From assembly GCF_009914755.1 (NCBI RefSeq), contig NC_060927.1: a DNA stretch of 64,000 nucleotides; one strand, 5' to 3'. Positions 59,650 to 64,000 of this stretch are shown here, piece by piece. Position 1 is the first letter of the stretch; each line of letters starts with the position of its first letter. This DNA is from the human T2T-CHM13v2.0 reference genome, Homo sapiens. Both the position numbers and the translations under genes were made by a program. Below the pieces are notes generated by a model that did not search any database, was not told the DNA's origin, and saw only the letters and a program-made list of their open reading frames with translations.

Positions 59650-60410
59650 AATTAGTTCTGGTAAAATTCAAATAACAAATTTTACCATCTTAAGCATTTC
59701 TAAGTGTATAGCTCAATAATGTGAAGTATGTTTTCATCGTTGTGCAGCCAATCTCCAGAGGTTTTTCATCTTTTAAGATGGAAACTCTACCCATTAAACA
59801 ACTCCCATTCCCCTCACCCCACAGCCCCTGGCAACCACCATTCTACTTTCTGCTTCCATGAGCTTGACTACTATACCTCATATTTGTCTTTCTGTGACTG
59901 GCTTATTTCACTTAGCATAATGTCCTCAAGGTTCATCCGTATTGTAGCATGTGTTAGAATTTCCTTTTTTTTAAGGCTGACTCATATTCTATTGTAGTAT
60001 GTCCCATGTTTTGTTTATCCATTCATCAGTTGATGAAATTTGGGTTGCTTCTACATTTTGTCTATTGCGAATAGTGCTGCTGTGAACATCAGTGTACAAA
60101 TATCTCTTCAAGACCCCGATTTCAGTTCTTTTTGGATATACATCCAGAAATGGTTGCTGAATTATATGATAATTCTATTTCAATTTTCTGAGAAATTGCC
60201 ATATTGTTATCTATAATGGCTACACCATTTTTACATTCCTACCACCTGAGTCCAAGGTTCCCATTTGTCTACAGCCTTGCCAACACTTGTTATTTTCTGT
60301 TTATGTGATAGCGGCCATCCTGAATATAAAGTGATGTTTCATTATGGTTTCCCTTTGCATTTGCCTTATGATTAACGATGTTGAGTACTTTTTCATGTGC
60401 TTGTTGGCAA
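59650..60410 (-). mobile_element. L1MB-type 3' end
   Basis: CCCTGGCAACCACCATTCTACTTTCTG; GGCTTATTTCACTTAGCATAATGTCCTCAAGGTTCATCC. Confidence 0.8.
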
Positions 60411-61353
60411 GTGATGTTCTTTTAAATGTGTACTATGTTCTTTATGGTCAAAATAAATAATTTATTCTGTGTAATTTTCCAAACCACACAACTTCTTGGA
60501 AGGCATGTTTAAGTGTTCACATAATAAAACAGTACATTTCTTCCTTGCAAACAGCCCTACACCACATATTTTTCCATTTCTGGCTCTGTCTGCCAACTTC
60601 AATGGGCTGTCCTCAGGGTTGGGTTGGCTGGAGTGGCCCTGTGTGACAGGCATGTGAGTGTCCCTGAGCACCGTACAGATACTAGTCTGCATTGTCAAGG
60701 AGTGTTTTAAGTCTCCACCTCAGGGTGATGACTGCTTTGGTAGGAAAGGAGGCAATCTAAAATTCACCTGATTTCTGATTCATTCCAATAATGTTTTGGT
60801 GTCTTTGAATATGGCAGCCCCCTGGGCAGCAGTCCAGCCAGCAGACCTTATAACTTAGCTCTGTCTGTATGTCTGACATCCAGACTCACTAGAAGAGGAT
60901 CTAAATGGGCCAGGGAATTACTTGTCCCTGGGACAGAGCAATTACACCATCCCTCATAGGCCCCAGAAGGCCTATGGACCTTTGCTTGGGCACCAGGAGC
61001 TTCTCTGAGAGCAGGTTTGGGGTGGGCTTGGCCTCCAGAGTGGCCTCCTCCTGCAATGTCAGGCTAGATTAACATCTATGAGAGTCTCCTGTACAAGGAG
61101 AGGTGGGAGGCTGTGAACACTCCTATGTAACACCATTTGTCCCCTTGTGTGATTGCTTCACCAATGTTGACAGCTCATGTGACACACCTGTCTTCTTCTG
61201 ATGGAGGAAGGAAGTAATACCATTTTCTATCAAAAGCATTCTTTGATCATCCCTGTCCTAAAAAAAAGTTACTTGATGGGTCTCTTGTCAAAATCAGTGA
61301 TATGGTTTGGATGTTTTATCCCTTCCAAATCTCATGTTGAAATATGACCTCTA

Positions 61354-62651
<1,298 letters not shown>

Positions 62652-63179
62652 CTAGTGGGAGGTGTTTGGTCATGGGGGTGGATCCCTCATGACTGGTTTG
62701 GTACCCTCGGTAATGAGTGATTCTCACTCTTAGTTCATAGAAGAGCTGGTTGTTTAAAGAGCCCGGCACCTCCTCTCTCTCTTGCTCCCTCTTGCTGTGT
62801 GACATGCCGGCTCGCACTTCACCTTCCACCATGCTTGGAAGCTTCCTGAGACCTCACCAGAAGCAGATGCTGGTGCCAAGCTTGTACAGCCTTCAGAAGC
62901 ACGAGCCAAACAAACCTCTTTTCTTCATAAATTACCCAGCCTCAGATTCCTTTGTAGCAATACAAAATGGACTAACACAATCAGATCTCACTGTAACTCT
63001 GGAAACTTGCTGCCCACCCATTCTCTTCTAGCCAAAGTCCACTTTTTCCCCTCCAGAGTTACCACAAGGAAAATGAACAGCCTCAATCCTTACCACTCAG
63101 GCAAGATTAAAGAGTTACAGTGCAGCAGAGAGGCAGGACAGGACCACCGTGGGCCAAGCGATCCCAACTCTGCCCAATC

Positions 63180-63542
63180 AGTGGAGGCTGCCTTCTGGAG
63201 GCTGTAGGGGAGGATCAGTTTCCTCACCTCTTCCAGCTTCTAGATGCCGTGGCAATCCTTGGCTCACAGCCCCTTCTTCCATCTTCAAAGCCAGCAACTT
63301 AGCATCTGACCCTTTTTCCACATTACGTCTCTTTCTCTGATCAAACCCAGGAAAGCTTTTCTAATTTTAAGATTCATGTGATTAGACTAGGCCTGCCTGG
63401 ATAATTCAGCACACTCCCCATCTCCAGGTTCTGTACCCTCATCACATCTGCAGAGACCCTTTTGCCATATAAGGAAACATATTCACATGTTCTGGGGATA
63501 AGGGTGCAGACATCTTTGAGGGCCTTTATTCTATCTACCATA
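63180..63542 (-). mobile_element. MLT1C/D-like LTR fragment
   Basis: TTCTGGAGGCT-TAGGGGAG..TTCCAGCTTCTAGA; ATCACATCTGCAGAG-CCCTTTTGCCAT. Confidence 0.7.
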
Positions 63543-63734
63543 AGGACACGATCAAAAACATTATAGAGGCATGCCAGGCAATTAATTAATGAAAGTGTTA
63601 TGACATTTTTCTGAATTCTGTGATGTTGTTACTTGTCCTTTTTAATGTCTGTCATTTGTTGTGATTTCTTTTCTCATTCTTTCTTACAAATATTCTCTTC
63701 GGTACATAATTTTGTATTTGTAATTGCGTGTTTT

Positions 63735-64000
63735 TTAAAATTATTTTTTAGACAGGGTCTCACTCTGTCACCCAGGCTGGAATGCAGTGGCACAATCCTA
63801 GCTCACCACAGCCTTGAATTCCTGGGCTCAGGCAATCCTCCCACCTCAGCCTCCCAAGTAGCTAGGACTACAGGCATGCACCAACATGCCTGGCTGAGTT
63901 TTTTTGTTTGTTTGTTTTTTTGGGGTGTTTTTTTTTGAGATAGAGTCTCACTCTGTTGCCCAGACTGGAGTTGTGTGAACATGGCTCACTGCAGCCTCGA
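63735..64000 (-). mobile_element. AluJ right arm and a second antisense Alu running off the window
   Basis: Antisense Alu text with a T-rich junction. Confidence 0.85.

Overview
Human genomic DNA, recognised from the encoded peptides as the CFAP91-NR1I2 locus (3q13.33; name and location from recall). Positions 1 to ~36.8 kb hold the 3' part of CFAP91 (MAATS1/C3orf15, + strand): ten coding exon segments that splice in phase into ~451 C-terminal residues ending ...NENNS*, one GC-AG intron, and a stop codon 1 nt before a ~14-kb intron leading to a non-coding last exon. Positions ~50-52.6 kb hold the NR1I2 (PXR) promoter, non-coding exon 1A and coding exon 1B (MTVTRTHH...). The rest of the window is NR1I2 intron 1. 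Much of the remainder is interspersed repeat (Alu, old L1, MaLR and ERV1 LTRs, hAT fossils). I found no evidence of a new multi-gene system. The most unusual items are: a TSD-flanked, tailless 5' half of tRNA-Gly(TCC) inside an L1; a three-level nested insertion (PHB1 retrocopy in an Alu in an MST LTR, all three TSDs readable); a ~150-bp fold-back palindrome lying between inverted Alus; a single uORF ahead of PXR's non-AUG start; and an intact DUX4-type motif in an antisense THE1 LTR. Repeat subfamily names are by-eye assignments.
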